A stretch of DNA of 64,000 nucleotides from IMG/VR virus record IMGVR_UViG_2929541355_000001, positions 28,287 to 92,286 of that record; one strand, written 5' to 3'. This DNA comes from a virus (taxonomy: Duplodnaviria; Caudoviricetes). The notes under the pieces are model-generated. The model saw only the letters and a program-made list of their open reading frames with translations, had not been told where the DNA came from and did not search any database. The position numbers and the translations under genes were made by a program. Every line of letters starts with the position of its first letter. Position 1 is the stretch's first letter. This document shows positions 1 to 7,201 of the stretch, piece by piece.

Positions 1-111
1 CTGCGCGGCCAGTTGCTGCTGAGTCATGCCGTGCTCTTTGCGCAGCTCAGCTACCCGCTTACCGAATGCACGGTCTCTCGGGTCTACGTCCTTGCCTGTC
101 GGCTTACTCAT
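1..111 (-). CDS. XRE-family HTH transcriptional regulator (N-terminal part, truncated by window edge)
   Basis: Not in ORF track; ATG overlaps the upstream TGA (ATGA, 108-111); translates MSKPTGKDVDPRDRAFGKRVAELRKEHGMTQQQLAAQ, a typical HTH_3 start. Confidence 0.85.
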   Translation of the reverse strand, partial: MSKPTGKDVDPRDRAFGKRVAELRKEHGMTQQQLAAQ

Positions 112-431
112 GTCCCCTCCCCGGCGGGCCTCTTGCCGATTGTCTCGTTGAGGAACTCGACTTCGGTGCTGGTCAGGTACTGCTCCCGTTCGCTCAGCAT
201 GCGTTTGGTGTGGGGCTGAGACTCGTGCGCCTGGAAGGCGTCGTAGTCGGCGTACAGCTCGTAGAAGACCCGCACGAGCGGCTCATCCACTGGGACATGC
301 GCGACGTAGACGAGGGTTCCGGGCTCCTCGCGGATGCCCTCCAACGTGCGGGCCACGAGTGCGTCGAACTTCTCAGCTGCTTCGGCGTCGCGGGTGGTGA
401 ACCGCACGGCGAGTGCGTATCCGCTGCTCAC
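108..431 (-). CDS. ABM / putative quinol monooxygenase-fold protein
   Basis: EEPGTLVY...FYELYADYDAFQAHESQPH pattern; GTG start with GGAGG RBS. Confidence 0.85.
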   Translation of the reverse strand: MSSGYALAVRFTTRDAEAAEKFDALVARTLEGIREEPGTLVYVAHVPVDEPLVRVFYELYADYDAFQAHESQPHTKRMLSEREQYLTSTEVEFLNETIGKRPAGEGT

Positions 432-512
432 GCTTCCTCCTATAGGGGTCATGGGCACAGTCTCACATTAAGCATTGTAGTGCTAGTGCGAGAGAAAAAC
501 TCTCTTCAGCGA

Positions 513-541
513 TTGACTCGCACTGTGAGTGTGCGTAGTGT
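513..541 (+). promoter_or_regulatory. Sigma70/HrdB-type promoter for the rightward small-gene/transfer operon, overlapped by an operator-like palindrome
   Basis: TTGACT(513-518)-17 bp-TAGTGT(536-541); ACTCGCACTGTGAGT at 516-530. Confidence 0.65.
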
Positions 542-645
542 CGTCCATGTCACCTCAACGGGGACAGCAAAAAGGGCCTGGCGTGCGACCGCCAGGCCCT
601 GGATGCGAACCAAGCCCGACCTGCGTACACAGGAGGCCGATCCGC

Positions 646-813
646 ATGAATCAGGATCGCACACGCACTGCGAGTACCGCACTCGCCACCCCGCACGCCG
701 ACGAGCAGCTCCGCCGCACCGTCGCCGACCCCACCACCCGCCCCCGTCAGCTGATCGCCGCCGGCGTGAAGCGCGGCAACAGCCCCTTCACCATCCAGGC
801 GGTGAACGCGTGA
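646..813 (+). CDS. Small hypothetical protein
   Basis: AGGAGG RBS, ATG at 646, stop overlaps next start. Confidence 0.6.
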   Translation: MNQDRTRTASTALATPHADEQLRRTVADPTTRPRQLIAAGVKRGNSPFTIQAVNA

Positions 814-1253
814 TGGCTGACAACACGTCGATCGCGCAGCAGCTCCTCGCCGCACTCCACAACCTGGACATGGCCGACCTGGCCGCGAACCCCACCGGTC
901 AGCCCGTAGCCCGGATCAGCATCCGCACCATGGGTGGCGAGTTCGTCGGTGAGCTTCAGCTCGGGCAGCGCGCCGCGGAGGAGACCACCAACGCCGCCTC
1001 CGCTGTTGCCGAGTACGCCCTCGCGATGCCCGCCGACTACCAGGCCGGCCGCACCGCCCCCACCGCCAACTCCGAGCTTCACCCGATGGCCGCCGCCGAA
1101 CTCATCGACATGTTCGACTCCCTCGACCTCGTCACCCTCACCAAGACCGTCCTCAACGCGGCCGCCCCCACGGACCGGCTCGCAGCAACGAAGGCCATCG
1201 ACGACGTGTTCGGCCACATTCCCCACCCGGGCGTCGAGGACGGGGACCTGTGA
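813..1253 (+). CDS. Hypothetical protein
   Basis: TGATG coupling, high GC3; MADNTSIAQQ... Confidence 0.75.
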   Translation: MADNTSIAQQLLAALHNLDMADLAANPTGQPVARISIRTMGGEFVGELQLGQRAAEETTNAASAVAEYALAMPADYQAGRTAPTANSELHPMAAAELIDMFDSLDLVTLTKTVLNAAAPTDRLAATKAIDDVFGHIPHPGVEDGDL

Positions 1254-1390
1254 TGACCGCCGAGGAGCAGCAGGCCAACGCGAACGCCCTGGCCGCACAG
1301 GAAGCTGCCCGCCAGCAGGCCGCAGCCGACCTCATCGCGGCGAACGCGGCCGCCGAAGACCTCGCGAAGCTCACCGGGGGTCAGCAGTGA
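1253..1390 (+). CDS. Small Ala/Gln-rich protein (45 aa)
   Basis: Coupled on both sides (TGATG, GTGA); below ORF-track cutoff. Confidence 0.65.
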   Translation: MTAEEQQANANALAAQEAARQQAAADLIAANAAAEDLAKLTGGQQ

Positions 1391-1764
1391 CTACCACCCG
1401 TGTCACCGAGTTCGACAACGTCCTCGACGACCTGGCCGGCCTGACCTGGCTCCCCGGCATCACCCAGATCCTCGACGGGATCCGCGAAGCCCAGACCGCG
1501 ATCAGCCGCGGCGATCTCACCACCGACGCCACCCAAACCCTGATCGCCGGAATCGCCGGATCGGCTGGTGCCGACCTGGTTAGCGCCCTCGCCCACCTCA
1601 CCGCCCACGCCACCAATCCGCACACCAACCCCGCCCTCCACCAGCTGCCGGCCACCCAGCAGAAGGAGACCCAGCACCACGGCGAAACCGCCCTCTTCCA
1701 CCTCACCGACACCTGGCTCCACCAGCACGCATCCGAAGCCTCCGCCGCCATCAGCCAGTACTGA
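1387..1764 (+). CDS. Hypothetical protein
   Basis: GTG overlapping previous stop; strong codon bias. Confidence 0.75.
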   Translation: MTTTRVTEFDNVLDDLAGLTWLPGITQILDGIREAQTAISRGDLTTDATQTLIAGIAGSAGADLVSALAHLTAHATNPHTNPALHQLPATQQKETQHHGETALFHLTDTWLHQHASEASAAISQY

Positions 1765-1782
1765 CCCCGGAAGGAACTCCGC

Positions 1783-1953
1783 ATGTTCGGCAAGCCCAAC
1801 TCCCCGACCGCCGCCAGGAAGGCCGAAGCCAAACAGACCCGGCGCGACCACAACGCCCGCTTCAACAACGCCGACACCGACCCGACCAGCCCCGAGTACC
1901 TCGCCTCCCACGACCAGGTCATCGCCGCCGAGAAGGCAGCCCGCAACCACTGA
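1783..1953 (+). CDS. Small hypothetical protein (56 aa)
   Basis: GAAGGA RBS; MFGKPNSPTAARK... Confidence 0.7.
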   Translation: MFGKPNSPTAARKAEAKQTRRDHNARFNNADTDPTSPEYLASHDQVIAAEKAARNH

Positions 1954-1966
1954 CCACCCCACCCGC

Positions 1967-2000
1967 GGGGGTCCCGGCCGAGCCGACAGACCGGACCCCC
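1967..2000 (+). repeat. Intergenic hairpin family A, copy 1
   Basis: GC stem around GCCGAGCCGACAGAC (1977-1991), identical at 3049-3063. Confidence 0.75.
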
Positions 2001-2021
2001 CCCACCCCGAAAGGACCCGCC

Positions 2022-2201
2022 ATGGATGCCGCCCAGGCCGCCGCCAACCTCCGCGCCGAGCTCATCACCGCCGGAATCCTCCACGACCCCACCAGCATGA
2101 CCGACACCGACATCCAGAACATCACCACCGCCGCCCAGCAGCTCAACGCCGCCTCCGGCGGCAACACCTGGGACCTCGTCCACGCCGTCATCAGCCACTA
2201 A
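2022..2201 (+). CDS. Small hypothetical protein (59 aa)
   Basis: AAAGGA RBS; MDAAQAAANLRAELITAG... Confidence 0.7.
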   Translation: MDAAQAAANLRAELITAGILHDPTSMTDTDIQNITTAAQQLNAASGGNTWDLVHAVISH

Positions 2202-2218
2202 CCCCGGAAGGACCCGCC

Positions 2219-2446
2219 ATGACTACGCAGACCGAATCGGCGCCGGAATTCGTCGAGCTCATCACGGCCGATGGTGCCCGCTACCGCAAGGGCGACCTTG
2301 CCCCCAGCGGTCTCGGTATCGACGAGTTCGTGACCGTTGAGTCCCTCAAGGAATCCGGCGACTGGGTTGAGATCGGCCTCTCTCACGGATACGTCCTCAG
2401 CGTCCCCGAGACCCGCATCGCCCAGATCCTCACCCGCACCGTCTGA
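2219..2446 (+). CDS. Small hypothetical protein
   Basis: GAAGGA RBS; MTTQTESAPEFVEL... Confidence 0.7.
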   Translation: MTTQTESAPEFVELITADGARYRKGDLAPSGLGIDEFVTVESLKESGDWVEIGLSHGYVLSVPETRIAQILTRTV

Positions 2447-2455
2447 TCTGGCCCG

Positions 2456-2526
2456 CCCTGTCGCCCCCAACCCACCGGTTGGTGACGGCAGAGAGGCCCG
2501 GACCACCCGGAGCCAACCCGAAGGAG
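2456..2526 (+). repeat. Intergenic hairpin family B, copy 1
   Basis: Hairpin followed by GAGAGGCCCRGACCACCC...AAGGAG, repeated at 2733-2807. Confidence 0.7.
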
Positions 2527-2532
2527 AACACC

Positions 2533-2724
2533 ATGTTCGGCAAGAGCAAGCGCAAGGTCGCGACCACTCCCACCGCGCAGAACGACCAGTACCGCCTGAA
2601 GTCCACCGGCCGACGGGTCACCCTCCTGGAGCACCTCGGCGGCGGTGACGTCCGTATCGCCATGGACAGCGGCCGCATCACCCGGGACGACATCGTCAGC
2701 GCCCGCGACATCACCCCCGCCTGA
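2533..2724 (+). CDS. Small hypothetical protein
   Basis: AAGGAG RBS; MFGKSKRK... Confidence 0.7.
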   Translation: MFGKSKRKVATTPTAQNDQYRLKSTGRRVTLLEHLGGGDVRIAMDSGRITRDDIVSARDITPA

Positions 2725-2732
2725 CCCGACAG

Positions 2733-2807
2733 CCCTACCGCCATCAGCCGACCGGCTGGTGGCGGTGGAGAGGCCCAGACCACCCCGGACCCAACAACCC
2801 CAAGGAG
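2733..2807 (+). repeat. Intergenic hairpin family B, copy 2
   Basis: CTACCGCCATCAGCCG/CGGCTGGTGGCGGTGG stem plus conserved 3' tail. Confidence 0.7.
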
Positions 2808-2813
2808 CCCCTC

Positions 2814-3026
2814 ATGGCCGGCAGCCGCCACTTCTTCCGCAACCAGCCCGCCGAGCAGACCCGCGCCGAGATCAAGGACGACATCAAGAACAGCCGCACG
2901 GCCCAGCGCGACCTCCAGGCCACCGGGCAGCACCGCCTCGCCGAAACCATGCGGGAGGCCGCCGACGAGCACCTCGACGAGCTGAACAACCTGAACAACG
3001 GCACCTGGACCCCCAACCACGCCTGA
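2814..3026 (+). CDS. Small hypothetical protein
   Basis: AAGGAG RBS, high GC3. Confidence 0.75.
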   Translation: MAGSRHFFRNQPAEQTRAEIKDDIKNSRTAQRDLQATGQHRLAETMREAADEHLDELNNLNNGTWTPNHA

Positions 3027-3038
3027 CCCGCAACGCCT

Positions 3039-3073
3039 GGGGGCGGCCGCCGAGCCGACAGACGACCGCCCCC
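3039..3073 (+). repeat. Intergenic hairpin family A, copy 2
   Basis: Different stem, same 15-nt core GCCGAGCCGACAGAC. Confidence 0.75.
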
Positions 3074-3110
3074 CACCACGCTCCCGCCAGACACTCCGGA
3101 AGGACCCGCA

Positions 3111-3467
3111 ATGGCCGCCCAGACCACCCCCGACCAGCCCGTCACCACCGACGCCGAAGCCCGCATGCGGGTCTTCCAGATCATCGGCTCCGACCTCGAC
3201 GCCCCCGCCGCCTACACCGGCAACTGGCACACCGCCCTCAAGACCACCGCCGCCCGCTGGGCCGGAGACAACCCCGAGGCAGACAGCATCCGCACCTGCT
3301 GGTTCTGCGACGTCGAGACCGCCGCCAGTACCGCCCGCTGCGAATTCTGCGGCCACCACGCGGAGGACGGCCCCACCCCGGCCCTCAACGCACAGCACGT
3401 CATCGTCACCGGCATCACCGGCTCTGGAAAGGGCCGCGCCCTCCAGATCATCGCCACCGCCGCCTGA
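3111..3467 (+). CDS. Zn-ribbon protein with C-terminal Walker A-like remnant
   Basis: CWFC...CEFC; ends HVIVTGITGSGKGRAL. Confidence 0.65.
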   Translation: MAAQTTPDQPVTTDAEARMRVFQIIGSDLDAPAAYTGNWHTALKTTAARWAGDNPEADSIRTCWFCDVETAASTARCEFCGHHAEDGPTPALNAQHVIVTGITGSGKGRALQIIATAA

Positions 3468-3598
3468 TGCACAGCCACCTCGCCCGCTACGGCTTCGCCA
3501 CCCTCACCCTCCTCTCCATCTACGCCGACATGACCGGCCCCGCACTCCTCTGCGCCATCGCCACCGCCTACGCCTGGAAAGGACACCGAACCCGATGA
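3467..3598 (+). CDS. Small membrane peptide (43 aa)
   Basis: Coupled on both sides; hydrophobic. Confidence 0.55.
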   Translation: MHSHLARYGFATLTLLSIYADMTGPALLCAIATAYAWKGHRTR

Positions 3599-4608
3599 AG
3601 ACCCCCCTGGCCGGCCGGATCCGGAACCTGTCGCCGCTCCTCTACCCGGCAGCCTTCCTGTCCATCGCCTCCCTCGCCTGGACAACGTGGTCCCTCGTCG
3701 ACCTCCTCGGCACCGGCCGGATCGGTGTCACCGTCGCCGTCGGCGCCGACGTCATCTGGGGATCCGTCATCCTCGCCGAAGCCCGCGGCCTCCGAATCCC
3801 CGTCTTCAAGACAGCCCGCAACCTCGTCCCCGCATTCGGCTGGGCCACCCTCCTCGTCGTCGCCGTCTTCCTCGCCTGGCACGGCATCGCCAAGGACTCC
3901 CTCGCCATGGCCGCTGCCGGCCCGTTCCTCCCCTTCGGCGCGAAGACCGTCTGGGCCCTCGCCCTCGCCGACATGCGAGACCCCTCCGCCCTCACCGACC
4001 AGGAGAAGACCACCCTCGCCGCCATGGAGCGCGGCATGCTCTTCGAGGAGCAGGAGCACCGCATCGAGATGCGGCGCCGCGAGATGGGTGCCGAGCGGCA
4101 GATGAGCGAGGTGTCCGTCGACTTCGACATCGAGCTGATGCGGCAGGACAAGACCCGCGAACTGAAACGCCGTCGCCCGCTCGAACTGACCGTCGGTGAT
4201 GCGGGCGACGATGCGCACCGCATCAGTGATGCGCAGCAGGCCCACCGCATCACTGATGCACCCGCCTCATACAGCGCATCGTCGGCGCAGCGCACCATGC
4301 TCGCCGCCGCAGCGGACCGTACTGCTGCGGTTGGTGAAGCCGCTGATGAGACCAGTGATGCGCCCCTGATGCGGACCACACCGGCCCGCACTGCGGCGCC
4401 CCACACCGACCCTGAGGCGCTTCAGCTCGACGGCATGTCCAAGGCCGCCGCAGTCCGAGTGGTGCGTGATGCGGACCCCGCCGCATCAGCGCCGCAGATC
4501 GTTCAGCGCCTCGCGCATCACGGCATTGATGCGGACGCCGCATACGTGCGCACCGTCCTGTCCCGCACCCGGCAGCAGCGCTCCAACGGCAACGGCGGCT
4601 ACCTCTAA
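3595..4608 (+). CDS. SpdB-like plasmid spreading membrane protein
   Basis: About four N-terminal TM helices, coiled coil, C-terminal wHTH-like segment; lies in the tra operon. Confidence 0.65.
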   Translation: MKTPLAGRIRNLSPLLYPAAFLSIASLAWTTWSLVDLLGTGRIGVTVAVGADVIWGSVILAEARGLRIPVFKTARNLVPAFGWATLLVVAVFLAWHGIAKDSLAMAAAGPFLPFGAKTVWALALADMRDPSALTDQEKTTLAAMERGMLFEEQEHRIEMRRREMGAERQMSEVSVDFDIELMRQDKTRELKRRRPLELTVGDAGDDAHRISDAQQAHRITDAPASYSASSAQRTMLAAAADRTAAVGEAADETSDAPLMRTTPARTAAPHTDPEALQLDGMSKAAAVRVVRDADPAASAPQIVQRLAHHGIDADAAYVRTVLSRTRQQRSNGNGGYL

Positions 4609-4652
4609 GCCGCCGCATCACCCGACCCCGCCCGCATTCGAAGGAGACCCGC

Positions 4653-4877
4653 ATGACCACCACCCAGCTTCCGCCCAGTGCCCCGGCCTTCTCCGCGTTC
4701 ACGAGCCCCGACATTCGGCCCAGCGGACCCGCCGGGCTCCCGGCCACCGACGAGCAGTACGAGGTCCTCGACATGGGTCAGATCCAGGAGGAGCTCGCCG
4801 CAGCCCTCCGCCACATCGAGGAACTGCCCCGCCGCTACCCCTACGAGGCCTCCGGAGCCACTACGGAAGCCCTCTAG
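4653..4877 (+). CDS. Small hypothetical protein
   Basis: GAAGGAG RBS. Confidence 0.6.
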   Translation: MTTTQLPPSAPAFSAFTSPDIRPSGPAGLPATDEQYEVLDMGQIQEELAAALRHIEELPRRYPYEASGATTEAL

Positions 4878-4908
4878 ACCACCCACCCCAAGCCTCATTT
4901 GAAAGGAA

Positions 4909-7185
4909 GTGCAGGAGGTGAGCGCAGACACGATCTTCTCGCTCGATCCCAGTTCGACGACACCCGAGCCCGACACGTTGAGTGATGGCGACGGCGGCGG
5001 GGCGGGGCGGGGCGGAAGCCAGAATGGCTCCCAAGGCCCCCTGGTGGTCGTCCAGCAGCCCCGCGGCGCTTCCCCGCCCCGCCCCGCCCCACGCCAATCT
5101 CGGGGCAATGCGGATAACTCGCTACGTAACGGATACGCCGCAATCTCACACAGCGTCAGCGGCGAAACTGCGGCGATTGGAGCCGGATTCCTCCTCGGCG
5201 GCCCGGTTGGCGCTGTCATTGGCGGCCTTGTTGCACCCGCCGCCGCCGCTGCTGTGATGTGGCGCAGCAGGCGCCGCGAGCACGACGAGAACACCAACCA
5301 GAATGGTGCCGGCGCTGGAAACCCGGGCCGCGGCTCCTCTGGAAACGGGCACGGAACCGGCGGCCGGAACGGCGCCAGGGCGGACAGGAACAACAGCCCC
5401 GGCGGCGGTCGGCACCGCACGCCGAACACCAACGGAAGCGGAAACAGTAACGGGCGTGGGGGCGCCGACGGGGTCAGCAACCACCGGAAGCCGAAGACGA
5501 AAGACCCCGTCGCCGACAAGCTCGGGAAGCTCGGCAAAGACCTCGCCAGCAAGTTGAAGAACAAGCGAGACAAGGACGGCGCCAGCAAGAACGAGAAGAC
5601 CACGAAGGGCGGCAGCGCGAAGGGCCTGAGAGGCGGCCTGAGGGACGGCCTGAAGCTGAAGGACCGAGGCAAGCAGCCAGGAAGCAACCGCGTCTGGCGC
5701 GACCGCGGCGACAAGGGCAAGAAGAAGGGCAGCGACAACAACGTCTCAACGTCTTCGGCCCGAGACGGTCTCGACCCGAAGCGGCCGAAGGGCGGCGACG
5801 GCAAGGACAAGGGCCGGAAGAAGCGCGGGAAGGATGACGACGCCTCCGCAGCCACGGCCCGCGACGGCCTCGCCCCAAAGGATCCGAAGGGTCCGGAAAG
5901 TGGCGGCGGCGATCTCCCGCCGAAGCCCGAATACGAGCCGGACGAGTACATCGAAGCCGAGCTCGTTGACGACCTGCCTCCTAAGCCAGAAACCGGACCC
6001 GAGGACGTCATCGACGGTGAAGCCATCGACGAGGACCGAATCGCGGCCGTACGCGCAAAGCGCGAGAAGAAGCTTCGCCGCGAAGCGCTCGCCGCCGGCC
6101 GGAAAGCGGCTGGGAAGGCGGCACGCAACGGCGCAGCAGAAGATCCGCGCCGCGTGAAGGTCAGAGTGACCCGCCAGGCAAACCACGCGATCGACCTCGA
6201 AGTGCAACGCGAGGACCATCTGCTCGCCCTGACGAAGGCGGCAGAAACACCGAGGAGCACCCCCGTGAACTACCCCGCGATTCAGGCAGCACCCGTGGGC
6301 ACCAGCACCGCCGGTGTCGCTATCGCCCGGCACATCAACGTACGAGGCACGACCGCGTACGCAATCCTGCGCGCGATGGCGGAACAGATCGCCCACGGCC
6401 TCCACAGCGACGACGACGCCGACATGGCGGACCACGTCGTCGAGCTGACCGGCATCCCGAACATGTGCAAGAACCTCAGCACCGCCGTACAGGAAGCCGC
6501 CCGCGCCCTCGCCCGCACCGCGCCCCTCCACCCCTCCGTCATCAAGCACCTCAACAACGCCGCCGTCGCCGCCCGCACCGCCGGAGTCATGGCCGAGAAC
6601 ATCATGGTTGTCTTCGTTCAGGCGCACCGCGAGGACATCATCCGGGTCCTCGACCCGCGCATCGGCGAGGAGCGGTGGAACATCCGCAACGCCCCCGGCA
6701 CCCTCGACGCGGCGAAACTCCGTGCAGCGATCGCCTCAGCGAACACGGCGCGCCTTGCCCTCCCCGGCGGCTCCTCGTCGCAGTCCACAGGAGGGCAGGG
6801 CGGCAGCAAACTCGTGCCGGCCTCGGACGGCAGCACGAAGAAGCTGATCAACCTCATGAAGAACTTCAACAGCGGCCACATGGTGAACGTCCTGTCCGAA
6901 GTCGCCGGCAGCGCAGCCGGTGTCGACGCGGTCGCCGAATCGATCGGCAAGCTCTACCGGCGCATGCAGAAGACATGGCCGACCGAGAACGTCGTCGATG
7001 ACACGGTCATCCGGACCGCTGGGCAGGTGCGCCGCGTCTCCACCGAGCTCCGAAAGGCGATCAAGGCGGCGCAGAAGGCGCACCAGCGCGAGCTGCGCCT
7101 GAATGCAACCGGCCGCGCCAGCAAGGGAGCACGCGCCGAACGCAAGTGGGACGTCGTCGGCCGACGCGGGTCGTCCGGTAACTAG
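4909..7185 (+). CDS. Large transfer-region protein: TM segment, Gly/Lys-rich region, two C-terminal TraA-like helical repeats
   Basis: Directly upstream of traB; repeats end AHREDIIRVLDPRIGEERWNI and AHQRELRL...ERKWDVV. Confidence 0.65.
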   Translation: MQEVSADTIFSLDPSSTTPEPDTLSDGDGGGAGRGGSQNGSQGPLVVVQQPRGASPPRPAPRQSRGNADNSLRNGYAAISHSVSGETAAIGAGFLLGGPVGAVIGGLVAPAAAAAVMWRSRRREHDENTNQNGAGAGNPGRGSSGNGHGTGGRNGARADRNNSPGGGRHRTPNTNGSGNSNGRGGADGVSNHRKPKTKDPVADKLGKLGKDLASKLKNKRDKDGASKNEKTTKGGSAKGLRGGLRDGLKLKDRGKQPGSNRVWRDRGDKGKKKGSDNNVSTSSARDGLDPKRPKGGDGKDKGRKKRGKDDDASAATARDGLAPKDPKGPESGGGDLPPKPEYEPDEYIEAELVDDLPPKPETGPEDVIDGEAIDEDRIAAVRAKREKKLRREALAAGRKAAGKAARNGAAEDPRRVKVRVTRQANHAIDLEVQREDHLLALTKAAETPRSTPVNYPAIQAAPVGTSTAGVAIARHINVRGTTAYAILRAMAEQIAHGLHSDDDADMADHVVELTGIPNMCKNLSTAVQEAARALARTAPLHPSVIKHLNNAAVAARTAGVMAENIMVVFVQAHREDIIRVLDPRIGEERWNIRNAPGTLDAAKLRAAIASANTARLALPGGSSSQSTGGQGGSKLVPASDGSTKKLINLMKNFNSGHMVNVLSEVAGSAAGVDAVAESIGKLYRRMQKTWPTENVVDDTVIRTAGQVRRVSTELRKAIKAAQKAHQRELRLNATGRASKGARAERKWDVVGRRGSSGN

Positions 7186-7201
7186 GAAAGGGAGACAGGA
7201 C

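Noticed and set aside
66-812. N-terminal part of ORF 66..1253
   Set aside because: Overlaps the ABM gene and promoter; real start is the coupled ATG at 813
1953-3110. Repeats with unique spacers as a CRISPR array or integron
   Set aside because: Spacers are whole genes, repeats are of two types, no cas genes, and no attC GTTRRRY/RYYYAAC ends seen
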